Positions 39,630-53,279 of a DNA stretch of 64,000 nucleotides are shown here, piece by piece. The notes beneath the pieces were generated by a model that ran no database searches, had not been told where the DNA came from, and saw nothing but the letters and a program-made list of their open reading frames with translations. A program made the position numbers and the translations under genes. Position 1 is the stretch's first letter, and each line of letters opens with the position of its first letter. Origin of the DNA: Phoronis australis (taxonomy: Eukaryota > Animalia > Phoronida). The DNA is taken from the NCBI GenBank assembly GCA_002633005.1, contig NMRA01000147.1, forward strand, positions 768,868 to 832,867, read 5' to 3'.

Positions 39630-42531
39630 TCGCCAGTCCGCCAGAGATATCGTTACGGACCTCACCAGTGCCTTCTACCAGATACCATTGGACCGTTCGT
39701 CTATGAAATACTGTGGCGTCTGCACTCCCTTTAAAGGGGTGCGTGTCTATACCCGTGCTGACATGGGTATGCCTGGCTCAGAAACTGCACTCGAAGAACT
39801 CATGTGTCGCGTCCTTGCAGACCTTCTTCAAGAGGGCAAAGTCGCTAGACTGGCTGATGATTTGTATTGCGGCGCGGATACCCCAGATGATCTCCTTACA
39901 ATATGGACCCGTGTACTCCAGGCCCTGGACAGGTGTAACCTCCATCTTTCACCTACCAAGACCGTCGTTTGCCCAAGGTCGACCACTGTCCTGGGGTGGA
40001 TTTGGTCGGATGGCAATATCTCCGCGAGCCCTCATCGCATAGCTACACTCTCGTCCTGCCCTAAACCTGATAATGTCCGTGGTTTACGTTCCTTCATTGG
40101 TGCCTACAAAGCTCTTGGTCGAGTCCTACCTGCGTGTTCCCAAGCTCTTGCACCGTTAGAAGAGTCAATTGCAGGCATGAAATCCCAGGATAAGGTACCA
40201 TGGAATGACAGTCTTCGTGATTCCTTCGATTGCGCCCAACAGCCTCTCAAGTCGCACAAGAGCATCCTGTTACCTCGACCCTCAGACCAATTGTGGATCG
40301 TCACGGATGGGTCACTAGTCATGGAATAGGGACGCTGTATGTCAGTACACGAGGGCACAAGCTGTGTCTTGCTGGGTTTTACATCGCCAAACTTCGCAAA
40401 CACCAAGTCACTTGGCTCCCGTGCGAGATTGACGCTCTATCTATAGCTGTTGCCGTCAAACACTTCAGTCCGTTTATTATCCAATCGAATCATCGGACTT
40501 GTCTCCTCACAGACAGCAAGCCGTGTGTCCAGGCAGTAGAGAAACTATGTAGAGGAGAATTCTCATCTAGTCCTCGTGTAACATAGTTTCTGTCTATTGT
40601 CAGCCGCTACCAGGTTCACTTGTCAACCCTAGCTGGTTCAGCAAACTTTCCGTCAGCCTTCGCGAGTCGCAACGCTCCCGACTGCAGTGACCTACGTTGT
40701 CAAGTATGTTCGTTTATCATCGCCACAGAAGATTCTGTCGTGAGACATATCAGCGTTGACGACATCCTGCAAGGATCGACTCGTCTCCCATTCACGACTC
40801 GCTCCACCTGGATTGCTACTCAGTTGGAATGTCCTGATCTACGACGTGTCCTTGCTCATCTGAAACAGGGCGCTCACCTTTCTAAGAAGCTCACTTCCTT
40901 ACCAGACGTGAAGCGTTACCTCAGGGTTACCACTATCTTCCGTGATGGTCTACTCAATGTACGCCGAAGCCAATCCCTGTTTGCTGCTTCCGAGGTGATT
41001 GTCGTGCCCCGGGCTGTTCTTGAAGGATTGCTTACTGCCATTCACATCAAGCTTGACCACCCTTCCAAGCATCAACTGAAGCTGGTTGTCAGTCGCCACT
41101 TCTACGCGTTAGATTTCGATAAAGCCATTGACCGGGTTTCTGAATCATGGCACGTATGTGCGTCCCTGAAAGCCTCTCCCTGTGCTTTTGTCCCACAATC
41201 GACTACTGACCCGCCAGAGGTTGCAGGCATTTGCTTCGCTGCAGATGTCTTGAAGCGTTCGCACCAGCTCATTCTTCGTGTGCGTGAAACGGTCACATTG
41301 TATTCTGCCACTTGTCTTATTGGCACTGAGACACACACTGTGCTCCGAGACACTCTAGTCCAACTCCTGTCAGAACTACTCCCACTTGATGGACCGTCGG
41401 CCATTGTCCGGGTCGATCCCGCCCCTGGGTTTCGTGCGCTCCAGAACGACAAGCTGTTACACTCAGTTGGCATACGTCTAGAAGTTGGTCGCGTCAAGAA
41501 CCCAAACAAGAACCCCGTTGCAGAAAAGGCAACTGCTGAACTTGAGAACGAGTTGTTGCGCCAGCAACCTGGAGGGGGTCCAGTTATGTAAGCTAGGTCT
41601 GAGCATCGTCACAGCCCGACTCAATTCCCGTCTTCGCTCTCGTGGTTTGTCATCTCGAGAAATGTGGTTCCAGCGAAATCAGTATACCAATGAACAACTC
41701 CCTACGTCTGACAGAGAAATGATCTTACAACAACACCGTGCCCGTACTGCAAATCATTCACACAGCGAAAGATTGCAGAATCCCCAGGGACGACACTGGC
41801 TTCGCCCTACCTCTTTGGCTGTAGTTGATCTAGTGTACTTCCACGCAGCCAAGATCGCGACAAGACAAAGGCTCGTGATCGATACTTGGTAGTGTCCATC
41901 GAGGACGATTGGTGTTATATCCGCAAGTTTGTTGGTTCGCAACTACGCTCCACATCATATAAAGTCAAACTGGATGATTACTACGTTGTGCCCGAGTTTT
42001 TCTCTCCGCGTGTCGAGTTGCCTTCACCAGCTCCGACGCTGGATGACGACGATGTATCGTACTCCACTGACACTCGTCCTGTGGGTATGCCGTCCGCCGA
42101 TTCTTCGTCTGTCACGTTGCCTCCTGATTTTCCGCTTCCGCCTGTTCCTCAGGCATTGTCGCTGCCTCCGGACGATGCCACCGTTTCTTCTAATGACGAC
42201 AACCCCTGCGATATACCCAATGCCCGCTCTCGCAGAGGCCAGCGACTGTTGTCGACCGAAACGTTCTCACCGCCCACCCTCGTATTTACAGGATTACGTA
42301 CTTAACTAAGGACAGTTAAAGTTTCCTCACGTTTATCAGCCTCCTTATTTGTTGTTAGTTTATGTTTTTGTGAAGAATAGAAGTCACGCCAGTCCGCCAG
42401 ATGTCGTTTCGCTGTAGTCAGCGCCCTCTGCTCTCTCTCTCTCTGCCGTCTGCCATTTTGTGCTGGTGTCGTTCATTCTATTTAGCTCTCAATAAACCTT
42501 AGTGTTTCGTCCACAGTTGTTCGTTCTGCAT
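39630..42531 (+). mobile_element. Internally deleted, decayed Gypsy/Ty3-like LTR retrotransposon
   Basis: RT-RNaseH-integrase order. An LTR-like segment (about 42369-42531, AATAAA at 42491) follows, and its cgccagtccgccaga also occurs at 39631. Possible 5-bp TSD AAGCA at 39625-39629 and 42532-42536. Confidence 0.85.
39646..42309 (+). pseudogene. pol: Disrupted pol (RT, RNase H, integrase)
   Basis: [28 protein letters not shown]; RNase H WIVTDGS..WLPCEI..LTDSKPC; integrase H..H zinc-finger relic, FAADV, VRVDPAPGF, NPVAEKA. Frameshifts near 40320, 41580 and 41860 and an in-frame TAG at 40584. Confidence 0.9.
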
Positions 42532-43762
42532 AAGCAATTGCCTTCTGGCGCATGTTTTTTCTTTCATATAATACGACTGGGTACAATTCTAATTCTTGAG
42601 GCACGCAATTTTCTTACGGGAATATTATTGCGCTGCCTAAGACGAGAGTGAGAACACCCGTGATCGGAAAGTGATGAAGATTTATAGGGCATAGTAGGAT
42701 AGTCGTCTTTGAACAACAGTTATGGTAGTGATCATTCAATATTAGGTTTAGGGTTAATTGACATAATCAAGTTATCCAGTAGAACTGTGTGCGCTGTTGA
42801 ATCATGTCCCAGCTGAAGTATGCAGAGGGTCAAGCGACCTTTAAAACACGATAGAGAATGCATGTAAAACGTGGTTTTGTTGCGAATGGAAACTTCGCCC
42901 CTTCTAAAAACGGCATTAAATCGTCAAAAAATAAAAAAAAATCATGCAACATGAATTGCAACAAAACTTCTAATACATTAAAAAGCAATCTGAAAATATC
43001 TTAATTATTGAGCAAATATTCTTCTTTTTAAAATGCCGCGACATGTGCCACGCACATCACCTTTTATTTAAAAATCAACATTTATGGCTCTGGTGACTTA
43101 CAATCCACGCAGTCAGTTTGACCCATTCTTGGAATAATAGATTTGGTATGAGTTTCAATCGGGTGTCTAGTGCAGTGGACCGAATTGTTTAGCCTGCGGA
43201 CGCTTATGATGAAAACTGGTTGGTGTGCCATCTGCAATATTTTTTCATCAAGCAAACCTCGTGCAGGCGTTCACTTCAGCTGGAAAACGTAAATTCAACT
43301 CAGAAATCCAATAACCAATTACCTTTTACTACGTTATGACGCTCGAAAGTGCACGGTGACTTTTGTCTGATTTATGTTCCTTTGATATATATCTAAGGTT
43401 TATACACCATGACCCGTTACTTGTAAATTGAAACACCTGTTCTAGAAGCAAACGATTCAAATCAATTTAAACTGTTTACCCGAGTTACTTAAGGTTATAT
43501 ATCATCCAATGTCTGACAAAAGTACTAAATGTCTGTACAGCAGCTCAAATATCTTTCAAATCTTAGTCACGAGACAATGTTTTTTTCCTAAAATATCGAT
43601 CCTTGTTGAGGTCCGTTAAGATTAAAAGTTTCGACAGTCAAATTGTCGGTTATCTCAGGTACCGTCCTATATTTTTACTTGATTATACTTGTATTTATGT
43701 TGTATTGTACGGTGGTCCTCAATGAAGCGACGTTTACCTTTGAGGATCTCTGGGGCTTATAC

Positions 43763-43828
43763 TCACACACGCACACAGGCGCGCTACACACACGCACGCA
43801 CGCACGCAGGCACACACACACACACACA
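43763..43828. repeat. (CA)n/(CACG)n microsatellite
   Basis: Seen directly. Confidence 0.9.
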
Positions 43829-44441
43829 TTCAACTGTGTTTTTCTTGTATTTTTGTAATTGTTATCAAAGCTAATAAAAACATTGTTTTCTTCTCTTTAT
43901 CATTCCGTGAAAAACAGTCCAAGATGTACGTAAATACATAGTAGAAAACAGAGACGAATGTTCTGACCCAGTACGTCCCTTTTCACCCATTAATTCCATT
44001 TTAACCCAATATGTTAATTTTGACCTAATACGTCCATTTTCACCTGTTGGGCTCATTCTCACCCGTTAAATCGATTTTTAACCGTTAAATGTGGTTTTGA
44101 TACATCTTTCTAGCTATTGAGTTAATTCCCGAACAAGATCTAAAAATCTGTCGCAGAATGTTGCTTGAACAGCTGGTAAAGTGTTGATCTGATAATTGTG
44201 ACCTTCTGAACCGGAGTGTCGCTTGATCACATGATGCTGCGCGTGCATAAAGTCAATAGTGTTCTAAATAGGTGTTTTCATTAACACAGACATTTATCGG
44301 CGATTGTTTACTTTCACAAAATCACCAACAACTCGAGTTTTTGGATCTGTATACTTGGACGTATGGAGTCATGTTCCGTGCTAAATGAAATGAGGTAGAA
44401 ACGTAAAATAGGTAGAAAATAACTAGATTGAACCCGTTTAG

Positions 44442-44664
44442 CATGCGCGCACCCAGCCTAATAAGTGGGGGGCTCGAACTTTTGGGAATGTGGTCCTTTT
44501 ACTAAAAAAATAAAAAGAGATACGTTCAGGGCTGTGAATTGTGCGTTCGCCGAACTTTGGTAGTTCCTGCTTTTCTAGTGGACTTTTGTCTCGTTTTCTC
44601 GGACTTTTTGATTCTCTGAGGCGGACCTTTTTGCCCACTTCGCCAAATGCCCCCCCTGGGTGCC
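44442..44664 (-). mobile_element. Copy of the CATGCGCGCACCCAG-TIR MITE family
   Basis: Starts catgcgcgcacccagccta; internal part is the reverse complement of 62168-62409; other TIR degenerate. Confidence 0.75.
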
Positions 44665-44882
44665 ACAGATTTCTGTGCTTTGTAATGGCTGACAACTTCG
44701 TAATTGGGTGGTGCAATGTTCGACTAGTTGGGCTGACCGGCCACACAGTCATGTATGTGACGAGAACTATCAAGCACCTATAACACGAAATACAGTTGGA
44801 TGCCAAACGTTGGCGCCACGACTCGACAAAATCTAGTTTGCCATTATAAACTCGATGTGTTCTGATTTTCAGCCTCGAAACG

Positions 44883-44951
44883 ATGAAGACTTCGTTCTTG
44901 ATGGTTCTGCTCGTCACTGTTGCCCTCATTTGTGTCATCGAGTCGAAATCA
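44883..44951 (+). CDS. Secreted cysteine-rich peptide precursor, coding exon 1 (signal peptide MKTSFLMVLLVTVALICVIES-KS)
   Basis: Classic n/h/c signal peptide ending at a phase-0 donor TCA|gtaagt; TATAAA at 44845 and a ttttcag at 44866-44872 upstream. Confidence 0.75.
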
Positions 44952-47064
44952 GTAAGTATTTCTAAATCTCCATTATCCAGTTATCACCATCCCCACCATC
45001 ACTCTCTCGCAGTCACCATCACCGCCAATGACTTCATTTATCATAGTCCTCATTACCATCGCCACAGCTCCTATAACCGCTCTATGAATATTCAATAACG
45101 ATTAAAAAAAAATATTGATGAGGTGTAGATAAAGACTTCACTCACGACTGAAGTATTCCGACATTACAATTATAGAAAGTGAAACTTGAAAAGAGTGGGT
45201 GATTACGCTTGATAAATGCACAGGCACTCGGATTTCCAGATCACTCATAACCATAAGAAACATATGTTTTCTTATATGTAGTAGTGAGTGACGTCATTTG
45301 CGATGCATATAAATGGAATCAAAACTGTGACGTGATCACAAATTGCACGTAAACAAAGTGATTGACGTAATCATGAACGCATTTAGACACATGCCCCTAC
45401 ACTCCACAGTTCCAGTTAGACCTGTGATGTGTATTTGGAATATTGATTGATTTGAAATATAAGTCATTGAGAGAGTTATCAAAGTGAAACGACTTTACGG
45501 ACACATTTCCTATCTGAGCAAAGTGTGAGTTCTAGTCAGCTTTGCTGCAAAGCTGTATACCAAATATATTTTGACGATAGTCTTCACACAACTAACTGGC
45601 TGGCTAAGTTCTAGTATGATTCTATTGTCAGAAGTATGCGCACTTGCGCTGTGAGGACACAGTTTCAGCCAGTGTACCATCAGTGTTAACACATTTTTTC
45701 AGCATTTACATAATGAAAAATATGCTTATAAAAAGGACTGTGGTGCATGGGAAAAGACATAAAGACCATGAGCCTTTGCGAAAGCCGTGTGAGTCCACCC
45801 AACCAATGACTCTGTGGAGGAGACAGTTTGCCAAAAATCGTAAAGCAGTCGTTGTTTTACGATATTGACTCCTTTCCAAATATTCGAATATTTTTGTTTA
45901 AATAACAGATTGTTCAATTTGAACAATGTCAATTTTACGTTGTGTTTGTGACATTTTGGTATTACAGCGCGTCACATCAAAATCTTCACAATCACGTCAT
46001 ATTAAACAATAGGTAAATCCAAGTGTAGACGCTAGGTTGGCCTAACGGAAAATTTAAACTCATTCATGTTATTAAAGAAGACGGTTCTCGCCTTGGGTTA
46101 TTCACATTAACAAAACTCTTTTCACAATCCCAACAACATTGCAAAATCGCCATCTAATGAATCGTGGTCATGAAATTGGCGTACTTTTGCGAAGGCCAGT
46201 TTGAGCATTCTCAGTGACGCTGCTTGGTGTAAAATAGGTAAAAAACTAAATCCCCGGTGACCGCCTAAATTTCATCTCGATTTCGAAAAAAACGCGATGA
46301 AATATAAAAGAAAAAACGAACGATGTAATTTTTGCGTGGAAGCCACAACGCAAAAAATTGAGGTACTCAAACTCTAGAAAAAATTCTAACCCCCTACCTT
46401 TGCCGCTGTGAAGAAATCAGTAAACCGATAAATATAATGTAGTAGTCAGATTTAATCCGTTTTCAAAAGAAATTTAATTACTAAGTTAATTAGAGGTGCT
46501 CTCATTAAAATATAAAGCTGACCGTAATGCAACGAATTTTTAATCCTTTTGCAAACGAATTAAAATCTGTTTCCACAAGGATTTCAGTCATTATTTTGAT
46601 TAGAGATGGCTTTTCAGTAATCCATGTTCATTTCACATTTTTGCCAGAGATTTAAACGGCTGTAACAAAATAGTATTTGGTGACCCGCACATTCTTGTCG
46701 GTATGCAGTAGGTAAAGACCAAAATACAAAATATGAAAATTTAAAAAAGTCTGCGATAAATTAAAACTCTGTCGAACCCCCTTAATTTTCAAACTTGGGG
46801 TTATGTAATCATCTCAAGATGGGTAATGACCAATAGTAGAATTATCTTGAAAAACCTGGATTTAGACAATTTTTTTGATTTCGGAATTTCGGATTTTTGT
46901 GTACTGCATACCTCTTTCCCACCGATTCCTTCTCTGCAGTAAAACTCACCATTCAGCCTCCGAATTCGCTACTGTACTATTTGAAATTGGAATTTTTTGA
47001 GCGGTCGCAGTCACCGTCTACACATGAACTCTGGCATTTCATGGAATACTGTTGTTGAAGTTAA

Positions 47065-47487
47065 AGAGGCCTGAAACGTGATAGACAGACTAAATTGCAA
47101 TATTGAAAGTGGTTCTCTGTCACTGAAACAGAATTCAGCCTGCTCACTAAGTATTTTAAGGTTCGTTTGTAAAGATTTCTAATTTTTGTTATTTCTATTA
47201 ATATCAAAGCATTTTCTTTCAGTTTCAAATTTCAAAAAACAATCTGTCAACTGCTAACCACGTCATCAATTTTTCTCCTACAAATCAAAGCACGTCTCCT
47301 TATTTGGCATGGCAAAACATAGACGTAGCACATTTCGCTTAAATGGAAACCATGTGGTAATCGCAAAGTTTTTCCTTCAAAAATCGTGAATTTTGTGATT
47401 TTTCCGCACAGGGAAAATGAATTACTCAGTACTAGACGTTAGGAGATGGCATTTATTGTTTGACGAGCTTTTGCGTTCCATGCCTCT
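47065..47487 (+). mobile_element. TTAA-flanked MITE, Kolobok-like (second copy)
   Basis: TTAA|AGAGGCCTGAAAC...GTTCCATGCCTCT|TTAA; homologous to 37706-38205. Confidence 0.75.
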
Positions 47488-48227
47488 TTAAAGATATCAT
47501 TAGATCGCAATTTACACGGTATACTAGTTTGCTTGTCCATACCTGTACACTGCTGCCACCTGTGGGAAAACAATAATACCAGATTCCGTATCCTGGCTCC
47601 TACGGAGTTTTTGTTTTGCTTGATGGCACCATCAATCGATTACATGTACACATGATGAAAATTTAATTAAAAAAATACATGCAATCTTTGGAGTCCATTG
47701 CGAGATTTTTAACACCGGGGATAGCGCAGCTTGGGCGTTACTCAGTCAACCAAATCTCTCAGAGTCTAAAGACGTGGCTAATCAACATAAAACAGTAAAA
47801 AATATTGACATTCATACTTTTTTCTACATTCATAGTAAAACACGCTTCAGTTTGAANTTTAAAGATATCATTAGATCGCAATTTACACGGTATACTAGTT
47901 TGCTTGTCCATACCTGTACACTGCTGCCACCTGTGGGAAAACAATAATACCAGATTCCGTATCCTGGCTCCTACGGAGTTTTTGTTTTGCTTGATGGCAC
48001 CATCAATCGATTACATGTACACATGATGAAAATTTAATTAAAAAAATACATGCAATCTTTGGAGTCCATGGCGAGATTTTTAACACCGGGGATAGCGCAG
48101 CTTGGGCGTTACTCAGTCAACCAAATCTCTCAGAGTCTAAAGACGTGGCTAATCAACATAAAACAGTAAAAAATATTGACATTCATACTTTTTTCTCCAT
48201 TCATAGTAAAACACGCTTCAGTTTGAA
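47487..48227. repeat. 370-bp tandem duplication across a single 'n'
   Basis: 47487-47856 matches 47858-48227; n at 47857. Confidence 0.9.
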
Positions 48228-48887
48228 ACCTGAAATGCAACCTTACTTCATCCGCCATAAAGTCAAAGTTGTTAAGTCAAGTAAATCAAGTTTGCGATTG
48301 TGAATCATCCCGATAAACACTCAATGGAGTCAATTCTGTCCATGGTGATATATGAATGCAAACTCGCCTTCATGAAACAAAATAATCAGACAGGTTCTAC
48401 CTCACTGAAAACGCAAACCAGGGCGCTGCATGCGGCTTTTGATTTGCTTCTGAGAAAAAAAATAAACACCGAGAAGTGCTCGCCACCAGAGCACAAATTC
48501 CACACTGGCTATAACCGCGGGTTATAACACACCTTTCCGATTGGGTTCGGACGACTAACAGGGGTTAGAATCAAGTACTTGGAAACTACACGACTCCAAG
48601 GAACTATTATGGCTCATGACTGGTAACAAAATGAAGTTGAGTAACTTGGTCACGAGGACTAGGCCTCCAAACAAGGACGTTGACTGGTACCTTTATCGCT
48701 CTCGCGTTATATTTTTATCAAATCCACGTTGCCATCCACTCAGTAACAGTCGCCTTTTTAACTCACTGTCCGTGTATAGTGAACTGGTGTTAGATCCTAG
48801 CAAATGAGTGCACACTGTACACTTATCTTCGTATTTTGCACCTTTTACATGTAAGATACGTGGAATAATTCATTCAATACAGATTAG

Positions 48888-48940
48888 TAACAAACAAACA
48901 AACAAACAAACAAACAAACAAACAAACAAACAAACAAACA
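48888..48940. repeat. (AAAC)n microsatellite
   Basis: Seen directly. Confidence 0.95.
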
Positions 48941-49786
48941 GTGTTTCATGTATTTTCTACAGTCACGCCCCCTATAAGGCTGGTCAAATCACATGACTTT
49001 CCACATAAAGAAGTCAATACAGTCAGGAACTTACTTGACTGTATTTTCTGCTGGGACGAAACCGACCGCGCCATGAAGACTGGAAACACTTAAGCTAAAG
49101 CTACGGTGTTTTTGGCTAGCCTCTGCCGTTTTCGGTTGCTAACCGAAGTTCAAAACAAGAATATTTTTATGACCTGGAGAAATACAAGTGAATTTTCCTA
49201 TTATTAAAGAAGAATTGTCGGTTATACGATAGAAATACGCATTTTGGGGTATTGTTGGATAGGACAGGCTTCTTGAAGTTATTAACTTTGACCAGAGCAA
49301 CAAATTTCTTGGTGCTTTTGTCATCACAAATCGTCAATTCTCGGTGTTGTCTGTGAGACATTCGCTGAAATCAAGACCGGTCACTTTACCGCTTAGGTAC
49401 GCATAAAATAAGTTCCGGCAGCAGGGCGTTTCACTGCTACCGCACCGCAGAGGTTGCAGGTTCGGATAGGCGCGCACCTCAGAAAATCACCTCGCCATAA
49501 TGCTACTTTAAAACCACGAAACGCTGGGTACACGTTTCCAGGAGATACTAAGTTTCATTTTGACAGATAAGATACACGTTTGTTTTTCTGAGTAGGTTTT
49601 TTTGTTTCACTTTTCTATTTAAAACGAAACCGAAACTCTGCACCAAAAGCCAACACCAAACTGAGACTGGCGCAATAAGGTATGAACCTTTGAAGCCCAA
49701 CTAATCGTCTGGGATCAAGTCCAAACCTCAACCCTTCCCCGCTTACTGATAATGCTATCGCGTCTGTTATTTGTTACAATTTTTAG

Positions 49787-49924
49787 GTGAATAAACGCCA
49801 TCTTCCTGTACCCTTGAACTTGGACGCAGATTGCGAGGTCAAATGTGACCCTTCTATGGAAGGCAAGCTATGCGGTGAGGACGAATCATCCGGTGAATGT
49901 ATCGACGGCTGTTGTAAAACGTAA
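49787..49924 (+). CDS. Secreted cysteine-rich peptide precursor, coding exon 2 (VNKR-HLPVPLNLDADCEVKCDPSMEGKLCGEDESSGECIDGCCKT*)
   Basis: Strong acceptor ttacaatttttag|GTG in phase 0, KR site, six Cys, TAA, then a gtgagt donor 3 nt after the stop. Confidence 0.75.
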   Translation: MNKRHLPVPLNLDADCEVKCDPSMEGKLCGEDESSGECIDGCCKT

Positions 49925-52900
49925 ACGGTGAGTGCGTATAGGAATGTTTGTATGCAAGTATAAATACTCGTGTAAACTCTTTTTCATTAAAAAACTCACA
50001 GAAACGATTTGACAGCCAATTCTAACCTAGCCCATACTGTGTCCCAAATGGTGATCTTTAACACGTCTATTAGTCTACTTCGTGTGAGATGTCTGTAAAA
50101 ATGGAAGTGCAATCAAGTCTGTAATTTACTGTTCCTAATATGTTAGTGATATCTCTCGATCGATGAAATTCATATTTCGGTATTCTAATCTAGTTGGTGA
50201 AAATAAAGAAAAGGATGACTTTAAAAGGGCGCAATCGGCTTTACAGTCGAAAAACGGGCATTTTGAAGGTTATTTTTGAATAGGATTGACTTCTTCAAGT
50301 TTATAAGTTTGCCAGTCTTAGTCAACCGATTGAAATCAATCGAGTGAGTCTTAAAAGTTTTGGACTGTCAATAACGAAAAGTGTCATTCGTTTAATCAAT
50401 TCTGCATATTGGAAAGATTAATGATATACAAAAGGCCAAATCTATTTTGAAAATACAATAACTAATCTACATGTAACTCAACTTTACAGTAGTTTCATTA
50501 AAATAAACGAGAGAAAATTTTGTGGGTAGCCTTTCCTCGAACGAAGGCAATGATAAGCGGGCACGTAATTTTGAGATTGCATATCTCGTCGCGATTGCAA
50601 GACTTAGTGGAACGCTTTCAATTTCCAAATAGATCATTTCAATGGAATAATACTTTACTAGGAAAAAACGTTTTCTTTTCAGAACATGCACGAGGCGCGA
50701 AGAAAAGTCTTGGAAGCAGATGCCCACACGTTCTAAACTACAGTTCAAGCCATTTACAAGACCTCGACTGGGTTTTTGTTTAACCAGAAAATCCAATCAA
50801 CGTTTTGCCAGATGTCTAATTCAAACCTGCGACAATAGTGAATAAACAACGAAGTAACACCGCTGATCATTCTCGTTCTAGTATTGTTAGATAGAACACA
50901 ACTGCACCAAACTCGGATACAATTCGTCGCCAAGGTGACAATTTCATTTTTCATCACGTTTCATGCCGATAGTATAGCTGCGGTACAAAATTGAACAATC
51001 AAATATCAATGTTTCTCGGAAACGACAAGTAAGTAAATGTCTAATTATCTCATACACGGGCGGCGCAGCACTGAAATAAGTGGGCCCCCTACGGTGCGCC
51101 ACCCATGTCATCGTATATTAAACTGATGTACTGAAATATTATATCATTGAGCACGAAATCCCAACTTATTCTCCGACAAGAATAATGAAACAAGAACAAC
51201 ATTCTTCTAAAGTAAATGTCACGAACAAAAAACGATTATTACTTTTTACACACATTAAAAGTTCGTACATTCCCTGTGCGACCTTTTCTCGAAAGTTTCG
51301 TGGAATGAGCAAAAGAAATAGCAGGAGCTCTCACAAAAACATTGTTCAATTAATTTCTTGATAGATAATCGTCACGTACTTTTAAAAAGGTAATGACCAC
51401 CATGATGGATTTGGAGAAAAGACTGCAGACCAAGTTATGCCTCACTTTGGTTTTTATTTCTTGAAATTTTATAACAGCCCGTTCGATATAATGCTCTCCA
51501 ATTTCGATTTATTGTGTACATTGCAACAAATACATGTAAACCATACGGAACAATATCGAGTATTTTCGTAGACAAGCTGATCCGAATGATATGGGCCAGA
51601 TAACGTAGTACGGAAAGTGACGAAGTGTTGCATCGAATGACCGTGACCGAGCTTACCTTGTTATTGTTGAACAATGATGTTGACGTCACGCCAACAGTTA
51701 AAGTAAAGATTTAAGATGTGAGGAGTTTGATGAAACGGACAATATGTACCTCCAATAGGTTTTCGGTAACGATTTTACCGTTAGCGGTCTTAAGTGCCGT
51801 CCACACACAGACTTACCCTAAAACAAGTTACTCCTGGAACTAGTTGACGCTAGATTTGAGTGCTGTGTGGGGCGCAACATAACCAACTTTTGACTGAGCG
51901 TGCGCAAACCGCAATAGACCACTTGGGAATATCAAACATTAGACCTTCAAGTGGAAAAATGCGTAAACTAACGGATGGTCTATAGCTCTGCGCGTGGAAA
52001 AACTCTTACAAACCTCAACTGACTTCCGCCATGCAGTATCAATGTAACGTTTCGTAGATCAAGCTTATTGGGAGAAAAATGAAATCACCCAAGAGCATTC
52101 AGAAACACGCGAAAGAGTATTTCATGAGAACAGTGCTCGAGACTTTACCAGCGTAACATTTTTATCATTTATCAATCATATACAAACACGTAAATATACA
52201 TTAATTCGAATAAATAATAATAATAATAATAATGTATACATACCATGCATTAACGACGCAAGGGTTACTTACAGTAATAATTTCTTAATACGAATTACAA
52301 TGAAATAAAAATATTAAAACACACGTGTCCATTTGACCACTGTCAACTAAATATATTTTTCTATATTGCAATACCCGGAATTCCTTCTAGTGACGTCATG
52401 CATTTAAAGCTCTGAATATCTACAAAACCATAGAATTTAACTCAGTAAAAGTACATATTTTCTGAAAGAAGAAAGCATACAGAATTTGATTTTTGACTTT
52501 ATACCAATCTGCAATCACTTGAGTCACGTGACCATGGATTTTAGCAAAATTTAACAAAAAATAACATGATAACATGACATGATAACATGACCAAAGTCCA
52601 TTTGATAGAAGTGTCGACGATAACATCTCAAAGCATTACATTTTTCTAAAAGGTCGTTTTGTTTTCATTTTGTACTACTTTTGGGTTTTTCTTATTTTTT
52701 GAGCCCTCGTGAAAATGTGTAATATTTCAAAAAATAATTCCTATCAGCGTTTGGTAGAATAATGCATAAAGCATACAATGAATATGAAACTTACATACGA
52801 ATCAATCAGCCATTTACAAGATATGATGTTTGGGGTTAGTCAAATTTGGCCATTTTTCTAGTGTCCTATATAACCTTATAGCCCTACGCATACACAAAAT

Positions 52901-53279
52901 TGTTGTAAGGGAAATTTATTGAAATCAAAAAAAGTTGCAGTCAGTGTCTACTAAGCCGTAAACATATCTATGACATCTCAGTCATTCCAGCGTTTCATAA
53001 ATATTGATTCCTTTTAATTAATGAATTATACCAACGTCGTTGATTCACAGGGGAATCGCAATCTGAGATTTTTGTCAAAAACAAAATAAATAAATTGATG
53101 TAGACTTCCTTCCAGAATTCATTTTTAATTTAGCTAGTGTGTCAAAGTTGTCATCGCCAAAACAGGATACATAGTAGAACAAGGGCAACTTGAAATGCGC
53201 CCACGAATGCACCGCAAACGGTGCGCTTCTAGGATTATTTGTTTCATAAAAAGAGCCACTACATGGCGCAAAAATGTCC

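Noticed and set aside
44952-45098. His-rich C-terminus of ORF 44883-45098 as a metal-binding peptide
   Set aside because: It lies after a consensus gtaagt donor in CAT/CAC low-complexity intron sequence; the spliced Cys-rich exon explains the signal peptide better.
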